64,000 bases of DNA from a virus, in the IMG/VR virus record IMGVR_UViG_3300005534_000013, positions 2,387 through 66,386 of that record; one strand, given 5' to 3'. The position numbers were made by a program, and so were the translations under genes. Below the pieces are notes generated by a model that saw only the letters and a list, made by a program, of their open reading frames with translations, was not told the DNA's origin and searched no databases. Shown in pieces: positions 55,007 to 63,916 of the stretch. Position 1 is the stretch's first letter. Every line of letters starts with the position of its first letter.

Positions 55007-56211
55007 GGGGCGCCCGCCTCTTCCTTCTCATAGGCGCCCGCCTCGGCCGGCGCGTCGGTGTCGAAAGCATAGGCGGGGATGAAGACGCGCGGCAGCGTAG
55101 CCCCACCCCGGCCCGGGCGTTCGTTCGTGTAGTGGAGGCGCTCGACCCGGCCCCAGGGCTCGTCGAGCCCGTAGGCCGCGACCGCATGGCGGTAGAGCCG
55201 GATCGCGTTGTCGAGCTTCGCCTGGCCGGCGTTGTGGAGATCCGACCATTGGTCGTCCCAGATCGGCATGAAGACCGGCGCAGTCCCGCGCACGGAGTCG
55301 GGCTTCTCGTACACGCACCAGAGCCAGTCCCAGGTCGGGTTCTCCTCGACCAGCCGCTCCAGGTAGCGGCGCTGTTCCAGGGTGCCGCCGAAGAGCTTGC
55401 CGGCCCGGATGAGGTCGTAGGCCATCGCGCGGCCGATGTCGTAGTCGGCGCGCTGGATAGACCAGCGGCGCTTCGCCATCACGTCCCCCGCCTCCCACTC
55501 CAGCGGCCGGCCCGCCCAGGCGCCGAGAGACTTGAGGTCCATCGTAACCCCGGGGAAGAGGCGGTCGAAGCGCCAGCGCCGGCGCACGCCGTTGATCGTC
55601 GCGAAGACCGAGACCTCGGCCAGCGGCGGGTGGTCCTCGTTATCCGCGAGCAGGCGCCGAACCTCCTCGTTGTCGTTCCGGTCCGGGGAGATCGCCATCT
55701 CGCGGAGGAAGCGGAGCTCGTAGTCCTCGGTCGCGTCGATGCGCTCGCGTTCGCCCGCCTGCGCGGCGAACTCCTCCATGATGTTGTGCCAGCACGGGAC
55801 CTCGGGCGCCATATCGAGCATCAGTCCCGCCCACCCTGCTTTGTCGAGCCGGCCCTTAGGCGGGACGACGAACCCGGCCTCGCCGAGCGCCTCCCGCATC
55901 TCGTCGATCGTGTCGACGAGCCCCTCGTAGTCCTGGCGCGCGGGCTCGATCGCAAAGGTGCGCTCGTAGGCCTCGACGCCCTCGAGGACGATGACGTGGA
56001 GCGCCGAGCCGTAGAGCTGGGCCTTCGTGGACTTGGGCACTCGGCGCCGGCGGTTGAAGTGGCTAGACCACCACCACCCGAGTCCTCGCTGATCGAGCTT
56101 GATCCAGTCGGAACTGCCCATGGCGCGCTGGCCGAAATAGCGCAGGTGACTGAGCCCGAGATAGACTCCGTCCGGCAGATCCTGGTCCCAGGTGAACACG
56201 ATGTCGGCCAC
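55003..56211 (-). CDS. PD-(D/E)xK exonuclease (RecE/ExoVIII-like)
   Basis: DGVY..L...GSS, GSALH..LEG, EVSVF...RFDRL...DLKS...YD. Confidence 0.72.
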   Translation of the reverse strand: MADIVFTWDQDLPDGVYLGLSHLRYFGQRAMGSSDWIKLDQRGLGWWWSSHFNRRRRVPKSTKAQLYGSALHVIVLEGVEAYERTFAIEPARQDYEGLVDTIDEMREALGEAGFVVPPKGRLDKAGWAGLMLDMAPEVPCWHNIMEEFAAQAGERERIDATEDYELRFLREMAISPDRNDNEEVRRLLADNEDHPPLAEVSVFATINGVRRRWRFDRLFPGVTMDLKSLGAWAGRPLEWEAGDVMAKRRWSIQRADYDIGRAMAYDLIRAGKLFGGTLEQRRYLERLVEENPTWDWLWCVYEKPDSVRGTAPVFMPIWDDQWSDLHNAGQAKLDNAIRLYRHAVAAYGLDEPWGRVERLHYTNERPGRGGATLPRVFIPAYAFDTDAPAEAGAYEKEEAGAP

Positions 56212-56212
56212 T

Positions 56213-56392
56213 TCAGGGGTCCCGGCGCGTGCGGCCGTTGCCGCACCAGGCCCCGAGGAAGACCGCCGGCGTTGCCATCACGGCCATCCAGACGCCCGGC
56301 GGCACGCCCAGGGGGACCGCGACCACGAGGGTTGCGGCGACCAGGCCCAGGGTGAAGATCACGCGGCCCTTGAGGCTGCGGGGCAGACCCAT
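56213..56392 (-). CDS. small membrane protein, first gene of the leftward operon
   Basis: GAAGGAAG RBS; two hydrophobic segments. Confidence 0.5.
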   Translation of the reverse strand: MGLPRSLKGRVIFTLGLVAATLVVAVPLGVPPGVWMAVMATPAVFLGAWCGNGRTRRDP

Positions 56393-56485
56393 TGTAGACT
56401 TCCTTCCGACCCGCCGATTTGGCCATGGTTCGGTCAGCTTTGCAAGTGGGTTGCCAATCCTGGCGAAGCACTCCAGCCTCCCCCT
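56393..56485. promoter_or_regulatory. divergent intergenic control region
   Basis: strand switch between the two early operons. Confidence 0.5.
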
Positions 56486-56692
56486 GTGCCGTTCATTCGA
56501 CCGCATCCCGACGTGGCGAACCTCGCCGACCGCGCCTTTCGCGCCGGCGTCCCGATCGCCCTCGTCCTGCAGCGCTCCGGGGTCTCCTGGTCGACCTGGC
56601 GGCGCTGGGTGCGGGGCACCGGGCACACGAGCACGAAGCTCGGCCAGCTCGAGGACACCCTCACCAAGATCATCGGAGAATCAGATGCCTAA
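56486..56692 (+). CDS. Cro-like HTH protein
   Basis: RSGVSWSTWRRWVRG; first rightward gene. Confidence 0.6.
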   Translation: MPFIRPHPDVANLADRAFRAGVPIALVLQRSGVSWSTWRRWVRGTGHTSTKLGQLEDTLTKIIGESDA

Positions 56693-57308
56693 GGACACCG
56701 TGGCCCCGGGCCACAACAGCAAGGCGCGCGAGGCCGATCTTCTCGCGCTCATGGCCGAGATGCGGCCAGGCCTCGATGCCGTCGAGGCCGCGAAGGCCCT
56801 CGTGAAGAAGGCCGAGCAGAGCTACGCGGTCATCCGCAACAAGGCCGAGGTCCTGGGCTTCACGCTCAAGACGCTCGACAAGGCCCTGAAGGCCGAGCGC
56901 CAGCCCACCGCCCGCCGCGAACAGCAGGCCCAGGCGGACGAGGAGTTCTTCATCTTCAAGACCCTCGGTCTCCCGGTCGCGGCCGCGCAGGGCCAGCTGG
57001 ACTTCGGGTCCGACGAAGAGCGCGACGAGGCCTATTGGGGCGACCAGGGCTATCAGGCCGGCATCCGCGGCGACATCGCGAAGCCGCCGGATCCCTGCCC
57101 GCCGCACCTCCACAAGGCCTGGTTGGATCGCCGGGCCGCCGGCGCCGAGTATAGCGCCTGGGGCAAGGCCGAGGCCGGGGGCAAGCCCGATCAGGGCAAG
57201 GGCACGACGATCGATGAAGCCCGGGCGGCCAAGGGTCAGAAGGACGCCGAGAAGGGCGCCCAGGACGGCGACGCGAAGGCAGGTGAGAAAGACCCGCTGC
57301 TGACGTAG
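56685..57308 (+). CDS. GapR/DUF2312-like N-domain plus RMF-like motif
   Basis: PGHNS...KAEVLGF..KTL...LG; DQGYQAGIRG...CP...W. Confidence 0.5.
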   Translation: MPKDTVAPGHNSKAREADLLALMAEMRPGLDAVEAAKALVKKAEQSYAVIRNKAEVLGFTLKTLDKALKAERQPTARREQQAQADEEFFIFKTLGLPVAAAQGQLDFGSDEERDEAYWGDQGYQAGIRGDIAKPPDPCPPHLHKAWLDRRAAGAEYSAWGKAEAGGKPDQGKGTTIDEARAAKGQKDAEKGAQDGDAKAGEKDPLLT

Positions 57309-57323
57309 CGAGCGGGAGCCGCG

Positions 57324-58070
57324 ATGACGTGGACGAAATTGCCCGTGGTGCCCCGGGCCGTTCGAGGGCGGGCGGTGGTGAGCGCGAAGCTGATCCGCCG
57401 TCCCGACGGGTCGGGGGTCTGCCAGTTCTCCCTCGCGCTCTCGCTCGTGACCGAGATGGGGCTCAAGCGCGGCTCGCCGGCCCGGGTCGACGTCTTTCAC
57501 GACGGCGGCCAGTGCGTGAAGTTCGAGTTCGGGCCGGACGGCGAGGCGCTCGGCTGGTGGATGCGGACCGCCATGATGCTGCGCGCGCCCGTGCCGCCCG
57601 GTGTTCCGCCAGGCCGGCCCAGTCAGCCGATGAGCGAATGCGTGATCGTCAAGGATGGGATCGGGCCCGGCACCGTGGTCTTTCGCTTGCCCTCGTCTTG
57701 GGGCGTCGCGGCCAAAGAGGAGATCACCACGAGCCCACAGCCCCGAGCGGAGGTGGCGCCGGCCTCGCCTCCGCGGCCTCCCCCTGCGCCGGCTCCTGAA
57801 CCGCGTCCATCACCTCCGCCTCCGCCCCCGCCTCCTCCGCCAGCTCCGCCAGCTCTGGCGCCTAAGCCGGCGATCGAGGACGGGCACGGCGATGGCGGGC
57901 TCGACATGGTGGAATATCTTCGACGCAAGGGCCACGCCGCGACCCGGCACCCCGGCGGGCTGTGGACGATGAACGGCGAGTCGATGACGCCGAAGAAGAT
58001 CCTCGACCTGGTGAACAAGTATCGGGACCGGACCGGCCTCCCGGCCCTCACGATGGCCGACGTCCGGTGA
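57324..58070 (+). CDS. hypothetical two-domain protein with poly-Pro linker
   Basis: 248-aa ORF coupled to the next gene. Confidence 0.6.
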   Translation: MTWTKLPVVPRAVRGRAVVSAKLIRRPDGSGVCQFSLALSLVTEMGLKRGSPARVDVFHDGGQCVKFEFGPDGEALGWWMRTAMMLRAPVPPGVPPGRPSQPMSECVIVKDGIGPGTVVFRLPSSWGVAAKEEITTSPQPRAEVAPASPPRPPPAPAPEPRPSPPPPPPPPPPAPPALAPKPAIEDGHGDGGLDMVEYLRRKGHAATRHPGGLWTMNGESMTPKKILDLVNKYRDRTGLPALTMADVR

Positions 58071-58633
58071 CGCTGGTGGGCTGGGACCTGGGGACGCACC
58101 GCTGCGGGTGGTGCGCGGGCGCGGGTGACACGGTTCCAGCCGCCGGGGCGTTCCGGCTCGTCCAGCGGGAGACCGCCGGCCAGCTCGGGGTCGAGTTCAA
58201 GAACCTCGTGCTGGCGCTGCATCGCCGCTTCCCCGCCGAGGCCTGGTGGATCGAGTCGCCCTTCCTCACCCCCCACGACGCCTTCGCGACCGTCTATCCG
58301 CTCTGCGGCCTCACCTTCCTGCTCCAGACCCTGGCCGAGACCCTGGGGGTTCGCTCGGAATTGATCCCGCAGGATGAAGTGAAGCTTGGCTGGGGCGGGC
58401 GAATCCGGCATCCACGCGGCCGGCGCCCGGCGGAGCGGACGCGGATGAACAAGGAGGCGGCGGTGCGGGCGGCGCTGGGCTGCGGGATCGTGCTCCCCGA
58501 GACCCAGGCGGGCGGCCGTTGGGACGCCGCCGATGGGGCCGGGGTCTGGAAGGCGGCCCTGGGCCGCGAGCGCTCGCCGCACTTCGCCCGGTGGGACGAG
58601 CTCGCGTCGCTATCGAGAGGGGGGATGCTGTGA
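58067..58633 (+). CDS. RuvC-like Holliday junction resolvase
   Basis: GWDLG..GW, IESP, VK..W.G, K, DAADG. Confidence 0.7.
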   Translation: MTLVGWDLGTHRCGWCAGAGDTVPAAGAFRLVQRETAGQLGVEFKNLVLALHRRFPAEAWWIESPFLTPHDAFATVYPLCGLTFLLQTLAETLGVRSELIPQDEVKLGWGGRIRHPRGRRPAERTRMNKEAAVRAALGCGIVLPETQAGGRWDAADGAGVWKAALGRERSPHFARWDELASLSRGGML

Positions 58634-58860
58634 ACATCCGGGTCAAACCCAAACGCCACGTCGAGCTGTCGGATCACCCGTGCAAGTGGCCGCAGGTTCG
58701 CTCGTCCGATCCGCCGAGCTGCGCGGCGCTGGCGGTCGAGGGGTATCCCTACTGCCACGACCACTGCATCCGCTCCTACCCCGCCTATGCGGAGCGGTTC
58801 GGGATCGCGGCGCCGAACTATGACTGGATCCGGATGCGCGACGGTCTCGTGTGCGAGTGA
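58630..58860 (+). CDS. GcrA C-terminal-domain-like protein
   Basis: ELSDHPCKWP...C......PYCHDH...Y. Confidence 0.65.
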   Translation: MNIRVKPKRHVELSDHPCKWPQVRSSDPPSCAALAVEGYPYCHDHCIRSYPAYAERFGIAAPNYDWIRMRDGLVCE

Positions 58861-59507
58861 CCCTGCCAGCCGGGCCGTTCGCTTGCGTGGTCGCGGATCC
58901 GCCGTGGAAGTTCATCAGCTGGTCGCGTCATCCGGCGCTGGTGATGAATGCCAGGTCGCCGGAAAAACACTACAGCGTGATGACGATGCCGGAGATCCTC
59001 GGCCTCCCGGTCCAAGACATCGTGGCCCCAGATTGCCACCTCTTCCTCTGGGCCACTGGGCCTTGCCTGCCGCACGCGCTGCGCGTCATGGGCGCCTGGG
59101 GGTTCGTCTACTCCGGCATGGGGTTCGTCTGGATCAAGCTGCGGAAGCGCGCCTGCGACGCTGACGCGGAGCGGATGGTAAGCTTGGCGGATTTGCCCTC
59201 GCTCCTCCACACCGGCCTCGGCCTCACCACCCGCAAGAATGCCGAGTTCGTTCTGCTAGGCCGGCGGGGCAAACCCCGGCGCCTGGCGGCCAACGTCCGG
59301 GAGGTGATCCTCGCGCCGCGCCGGGAGCACTCGCGCAAGCCCGACATCGCCTTCGAGGAGATCGTCCGCTACGCCCCCGGTCCCCGCCTGGAGATGTTCG
59401 CCCGGGAGAGCCGAGCGGGTTTCACCGCCTGGGGGAACGAGGCCGATCTTTTCGATCACGAATCTGTGGATGAAAACCCGCCCGGCGCCGCAAGCGCTAG
59501 GGCCTGA
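58851..59507 (+). CDS. MT-A70 family N6-adenine methyltransferase
   Basis: ADPPW, LFLWAT, WGF.Y...FVWIK, E..LLG, EHSRKP, EMFAR, WGNE. Confidence 0.88.
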   Translation: MRVTLPAGPFACVVADPPWKFISWSRHPALVMNARSPEKHYSVMTMPEILGLPVQDIVAPDCHLFLWATGPCLPHALRVMGAWGFVYSGMGFVWIKLRKRACDADAERMVSLADLPSLLHTGLGLTTRKNAEFVLLGRRGKPRRLAANVREVILAPRREHSRKPDIAFEEIVRYAPGPRLEMFARESRAGFTAWGNEADLFDHESVDENPPGAASARA

Positions 59508-59754
59508 GAAACTCTACCAAGGCCACCGGTAGATTCGGCCGCATCGGGATCCGGAGGGGTGTGGACAACCGGCCGGCCCGGGGCCTTGACAGGCGCTTGA
59601 CCGTCGCCGTGAGTCGGTCCCAGAAACGGCAGCGGCGGGGGGGTCGCAAGCCCCGCACCGCCGCACGATAGCCTCTGATTCTGAGGGAGGCAGGAGGCCA
59701 TCGCTTGAGGCTGAATCTATCCGCGCGCCATGACGTTTTCAAGAGCGCCGGCGC

Positions 59755-62184
59755 ATGTCGGTAGCGGAAGTCTACGTAGACCCCCGGGACCAACTGGACC
59801 CGCTCCCATCGAGCGTCGAGGCCGAGCAGGCGCTCCTCGGCGCCCTCCTCTACGAACCCCAGGCCCTGGACCTGATCGAGGTCGAGCTGCTACCGGGCCA
59901 CTTCTACGAGCCCTTCCACGGCCGGCTCTTCAAGGCCTTCGCCGAGACCTATCAGGCTGGTGACCAGCCAGATCCGACGCTTCTCGCCGAGGAGTTCCGG
60001 CGCGATCAGGCGTTCAACGATTTGGGCGGGCTCCGCTACCTCGCCGACTTGATCGATCGCGCGCCGCCGGCCGTCAAGGCGCCGGCCTATGCCGCCCACG
60101 TGGTCGATCTCCACAACAAGCGCCGCCTGATCGAGCTAGCGCTCGATCTCGCCGCGGCCGCGCGCCAGGGCGCGACCAAATCCACCGAGCTGCTCGACCG
60201 CATGGAGGCCGAGCTGATGACGGTGCGTCTCTCGGCCGTCGAGCCCGCGCCGCTGGTGACGGCTCGAAGCGCGGGGATTGCCACCCTCGATCAAGTCGAG
60301 GCCGAGGTGATGACGGGCCGGCCGAAGGGCGCCCAGACGGGCCTGACCTGCTTCGACCGGCTTGGCGGTTTGATCCCGACATGGCTGGTGGTGATCGGCG
60401 GTCGGACGAGCATGGGCAAGGCGCAACCGCTCGACGCGCAAGTTCTGCTCGCTGATGGTCGCTGGCGTCAGATGGGTGATTTGCGGCTTGGCGATAGTCT
60501 CGCGTCGATCGATGGGCGACCCTCTCGTGTGGGGGGCATATTTCCGCAAGGTCTTCGTGACGTTTTTCGGGTCAGGTTCTCCGATGGTCGCTCGACGGAA
60601 TGCTGTGCCGAACACCTTTGGCGCGTAGGCTCATCGCGCTGGGCAGATTCTCGCGTGATCTCGACGGCGCAGCTAAATGTGTTGCTCGCCCGCAAGCGCT
60701 ATCGCCGTCGCTTGTGGATCGCTCCGTTCAGCGGCGATTTCGGCGGATCGGAGGAGCTTCCAATTGAGCCGTGGGCTCTCGGCGCACTTTTGGGCGACGG
60801 CGAGCTTGGCAGGAGTGGTCTGCGCTTCTCGACGGCTGATACCGAGATGGTCGAGCGGATAGCCTTGGCCACCGGGACCGAGGCACGGGCGGCCGGCGGC
60901 TATGATTGGCGGCTTGTTGGACCCGGAGCCCGCAAGGGGGCCACGGTTGTTCTTCGGTCAGCACTGCGAGAACTAGGTCTCTGGGGATTGGATAGCGAAA
61001 ACAAATTCATCCCTGCCGTCTATCTGCGCGCCTCGAAGTCTTCTCGGCTCGCGCTGCTTCAAGGATTACTGGATACCGATGGCTGGGCCGAGACGTTCGG
61101 CGCTGTTCGTTTCGCGACATCCAGTCCACGACTTGCGCATGACGTGCAAGCGTTGGTCCGCTCACTCGGGGGCGTGTGTTCCCGAAGCTCCAAGCATCCC
61201 GTTTGGACAGCTGCGGATGGTCAGCCGCGTCCGGGGCTGCTCTCCTTCGTTCTCAGCATCAGGCTGGGGGAAATCCTCTTCTCGCTTGATCGCAAGTTGG
61301 AGCGCACCCGACACAGGCAACGTCCTCGGCGACTCACAATCATCGGTGTTGAGCATTCCCGCCTGGGAGCTACCCAGTGCATTGCGGTCACGCATCCGGC
61401 ACGCCTCTACATCACCGACGACTATATTCCGACGCACAACACGGCGGTCGCGCGCTCGGCCCTCTTCGGCGCGGCCGCCCGCAATCCCGGTGATCTCTTC
61501 GGGATGTTCTCGCTGGAGATGCCGACCCGCGCGCTGATGGAGCGGGCGATCTCAGCGTCGACGCGCGGCGAGTTCGATGCGATCGAGACCCACAAGCTCA
61601 CCCGGGCCAAGGTGCAGCTGACCGATCTCGCCCAGTTGCGTGGGCGCGCGCTGGAGATGCCGGAGAACCTGATGATCGACGACCGCCCGCACCTGTCGGT
61701 CCAGGAGATCCGCCGGGCCGTCTGGCGGCTCAAGGGGCGGGGGAACCTGCGCGCGATCGCGATCGACTACCTGCAGCTGATGCGGCGAGGCGACGGCAAG
61801 GGCCGGACCGACGCCGCCCTGATCGGCGACATCACCCAGGCGCTCAAGACCTTGGCGAAGGAGGCCCACATCTGCGTGGTGCTGCTCTCGCAGCTGAACC
61901 GCTCGCTGGAGAGCCGGGACAACAAGCGCCCGACGTTGGCCGACCTGCGCGAGTCGGGCTCGATCGAGCAGGACGCCGATGTGGTCCTCTTCCCCTATCG
62001 CGAGGCCTACTACCTGGAGCGTGCCGAGCCCGACAAGGGCACAACCAAGCACACCGAGTGGGAGACCCAGCTTGGCCTAGTGGAGCGGGATCTCGACGTC
62101 GCGATCGCGAAGAACCGCCAGGGCGCGATCGGCTCCGAGAAGCAGTTCTACGACCCCGCCTTCGACTTCATAAGGGATTGGTGA
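59755..62184 (+). CDS. dnaB: replicative DNA helicase DnaB with intein
   Basis: EAEQALLGALL, GRTSMGK/T, FSLEM, IDYLQL, LSQLNR, DLRESGSIEQDAD, KNRQG. Confidence 0.93.
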   Translation: MSVAEVYVDPRDQLDPLPSSVEAEQALLGALLYEPQALDLIEVELLPGHFYEPFHGRLFKAFAETYQAGDQPDPTLLAEEFRRDQAFNDLGGLRYLADLIDRAPPAVKAPAYAAHVVDLHNKRRLIELALDLAAAARQGATKSTELLDRMEAELMTVRLSAVEPAPLVTARSAGIATLDQVEAEVMTGRPKGAQTGLTCFDRLGGLIPTWLVVIGGRTSMGKAQPLDAQVLLADGRWRQMGDLRLGDSLASIDGRPSRVGGIFPQGLRDVFRVRFSDGRSTECCAEHLWRVGSSRWADSRVISTAQLNVLLARKRYRRRLWIAPFSGDFGGSEELPIEPWALGALLGDGELGRSGLRFSTADTEMVERIALATGTEARAAGGYDWRLVGPGARKGATVVLRSALRELGLWGLDSENKFIPAVYLRASKSSRLALLQGLLDTDGWAETFGAVRFATSSPRLAHDVQALVRSLGGVCSRSSKHPVWTAADGQPRPGLLSFVLSIRLGEILFSLDRKLERTRHRQRPRRLTIIGVEHSRLGATQCIAVTHPARLYITDDYIPTHNTAVARSALFGAAARNPGDLFGMFSLEMPTRALMERAISASTRGEFDAIETHKLTRAKVQLTDLAQLRGRALEMPENLMIDDRPHLSVQEIRRAVWRLKGRGNLRAIAIDYLQLMRRGDGKGRTDAALIGDITQALKTLAKEAHICVVLLSQLNRSLESRDNKRPTLADLRESGSIEQDADVVLFPYREAYYLERAEPDKGTTKHTEWETQLGLVERDLDVAIAKNRQGAIGSEKQFYDPAFDFIRDW
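60421..61440 (+). mobile_element. Ala-start intein (340 aa) with LAGLIDADG endonuclease, inserted in the DnaB Walker A motif
   Basis: GK|AQPLDA...EHLW...LGALLGDG...QGLLDTDG...QCIAV...THN|T. Confidence 0.9.
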
Positions 62185-63072
62185 ATGAGCGGTCGCTTGC
62201 CTTGGGCCAAGTTCTCCTGGGACGCCTGGGAGACCGATGACGAACTCTTCTCCTGCAGCATGGCCGCACAGGGCTTCTGGATGCGGCTCCTCTGCATCGC
62301 CTCCCGGCACGGCGGGTACGTGCTGTTGAGCGGCAAGCCCCCGACCTTCGGCCTGCTGGCGAAGAAAGTCGGCGCCGCGAGTGTGGAGGTGAAGGCCTGG
62401 TTCGATGAACTGAAGGCCGCCGGGGTCCTGAGCGTCACAGGCAAAGGCGTAATCTACAGCCGCCGGATGGTGAAAGCTGAGAAGATGAGCCAAAACGGCA
62501 AGCTCGGGGGTCCTGCTAAGCACCGGATTCGCAACGCGAAGCCAGATTTGGTGCAGCTAGATAAAGACTCAGAGAAAGAAGAAGAGTCCCCCCAACCCCC
62601 CAGGGGGCAACGGCCGGTCTCGGAAGAGGTCAAGGAAGCGGTGGCGATCTGGAACGCCATGGCGGAGCGCTGCGATCTCCCGCTGGCCAAGACGATCTCG
62701 GATGCCCGGCGGCGGGCGATCGAGAAGCGGCTGAAGGAGGGTTTCGGCCTCGTGGGCTGGAGGGAGGCGATCGCCGCCGTCGAGGCCTCGCGGCTCTGTC
62801 GCGGGCAGCGTCCGGGTCGGAACGGTGAGGCGCCGTGGAAGGCAGACCTGGATTTCGTCTGCCAGGCCAAGTCCTTCACACGGCTCCGTGAGGGTACCTA
62901 TGGACAGGATGCCAAGGCGGCGGTGATCCAGATCGAAGGTTGGTCGCCTTGGCCCGGCCGGATGAACCGCTGGGAGCGCAACATGGCCTGGGATGAGGAC
63001 GCATGGGGCCCGAAGCCCGGCCGGGATGGGTGCCAGGTCCCGCCCGAGTATCTGAGCGCCGAGAGTGCCTGA
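62185..63072 (+). CDS. replication initiator-like protein
   Basis: W.KF....W..D..L..CS.AAQGFW.RLL...G.IYSRRMV; WKADLDF...LREG.Y. Confidence 0.7.
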   Translation: MSGRLPWAKFSWDAWETDDELFSCSMAAQGFWMRLLCIASRHGGYVLLSGKPPTFGLLAKKVGAASVEVKAWFDELKAAGVLSVTGKGVIYSRRMVKAEKMSQNGKLGGPAKHRIRNAKPDLVQLDKDSEKEEESPQPPRGQRPVSEEVKEAVAIWNAMAERCDLPLAKTISDARRRAIEKRLKEGFGLVGWREAIAAVEASRLCRGQRPGRNGEAPWKADLDFVCQAKSFTRLREGTYGQDAKAAVIQIEGWSPWPGRMNRWERNMAWDEDAWGPKPGRDGCQVPPEYLSAESA

Positions 63073-63310
63073 TAACCCCGTGACCCGCTGCGTCGTCCCT
63101 GGGTGCGCGCACTGGACCCGTCGTTTCGCCGCCGGCTGGGAGTGGGTCTGCGGCACGCATTGGCGCCTCGTCGACTCGGAGCTGAAGGCGCTGCGGGTCC
63201 GGATCGGCCGGAAGTATGGGCGGCAGGGGCGGCGCTATTGGCGCTTCGAGAATCTGGTCTGGCGCCGGATGAAGCGCCAGGCGATCGAGCGCGCGGTAGG
63301 GATCGGATGA
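63065..63310 (+). CDS. small Cys/His protein
   Basis: CVVPGC...CGTHWRLV. Confidence 0.6.
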   Translation: MPDNPVTRCVVPGCAHWTRRFAAGWEWVCGTHWRLVDSELKALRVRIGRKYGRQGRRYWRFENLVWRRMKRQAIERAVGIG

Positions 63311-63510
63311 CCAAGCACAATCCCTGGGGGCCGGAGCGCGGGCCTGGCCGGCCGAAGCGGACCACGCCCTACACCGAGGTCACGTTTCGCCTGGACGAGT
63401 CCCAGGCGGTGGTCGCCCGCCAGCTGGCCAGCAAGCCCGGCTGGCCCGGCACGGTGAGCGGGGTCTGCCGCGTCATCGTCGAGCGCGACCTGGCGGGGCG
63501 CGGTGCCTGA
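63307..63510 (+). CDS. small putative DNA-binding protein
   Basis: GPGRPK followed by an RHH-like segment. Confidence 0.5.
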   Translation: MTKHNPWGPERGPGRPKRTTPYTEVTFRLDESQAVVARQLASKPGWPGTVSGVCRVIVERDLAGRGA

Positions 63511-63916
63511 CAGTCAGCGGACTCAGAAGCTGGTCGTGAGGCTGCGGGCCCGCGACGGTGATGGGTGCTTCTACTGCGGAACGGAGATGGAGTTCATCCG
63601 GCCGGCGCACGCGATAATCTGGTCGAGTCGCTGGCGCGCCACAGTCGAGCATCTGATCGACGTCTCGGTGGGCGGCACCAAACAGCCGAGCAACTGCGTC
63701 CTCGCCCACCGGAAGTGCAACAACGACCGGAGCCATATCAAGGATCTGGGGGAGAAGCTCCGAACGCGGGCGCCCGAGGCGCCGCCGATCCCGCCGGCCG
63801 TCCAATGGACGATCGACAACCCCGAGCTGGCGCGAACCCGCATGGTCACGCATCGGGAAGAGCTTGAACTACGACGGCGCCCGGGCAAGCTGACCGGCTC
63901 CCACCACTGGGTCTGA
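63503..63916 (+). CDS. HNH endonuclease
   Basis: RDGDGCFYCG...TVEHL...NCVLAHRKCN. Confidence 0.8.
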   Translation: MPDSQRTQKLVVRLRARDGDGCFYCGTEMEFIRPAHAIIWSSRWRATVEHLIDVSVGGTKQPSNCVLAHRKCNNDRSHIKDLGEKLRTRAPEAPPIPPAVQWTIDNPELARTRMVTHREELELRRRPGKLTGSHHWV

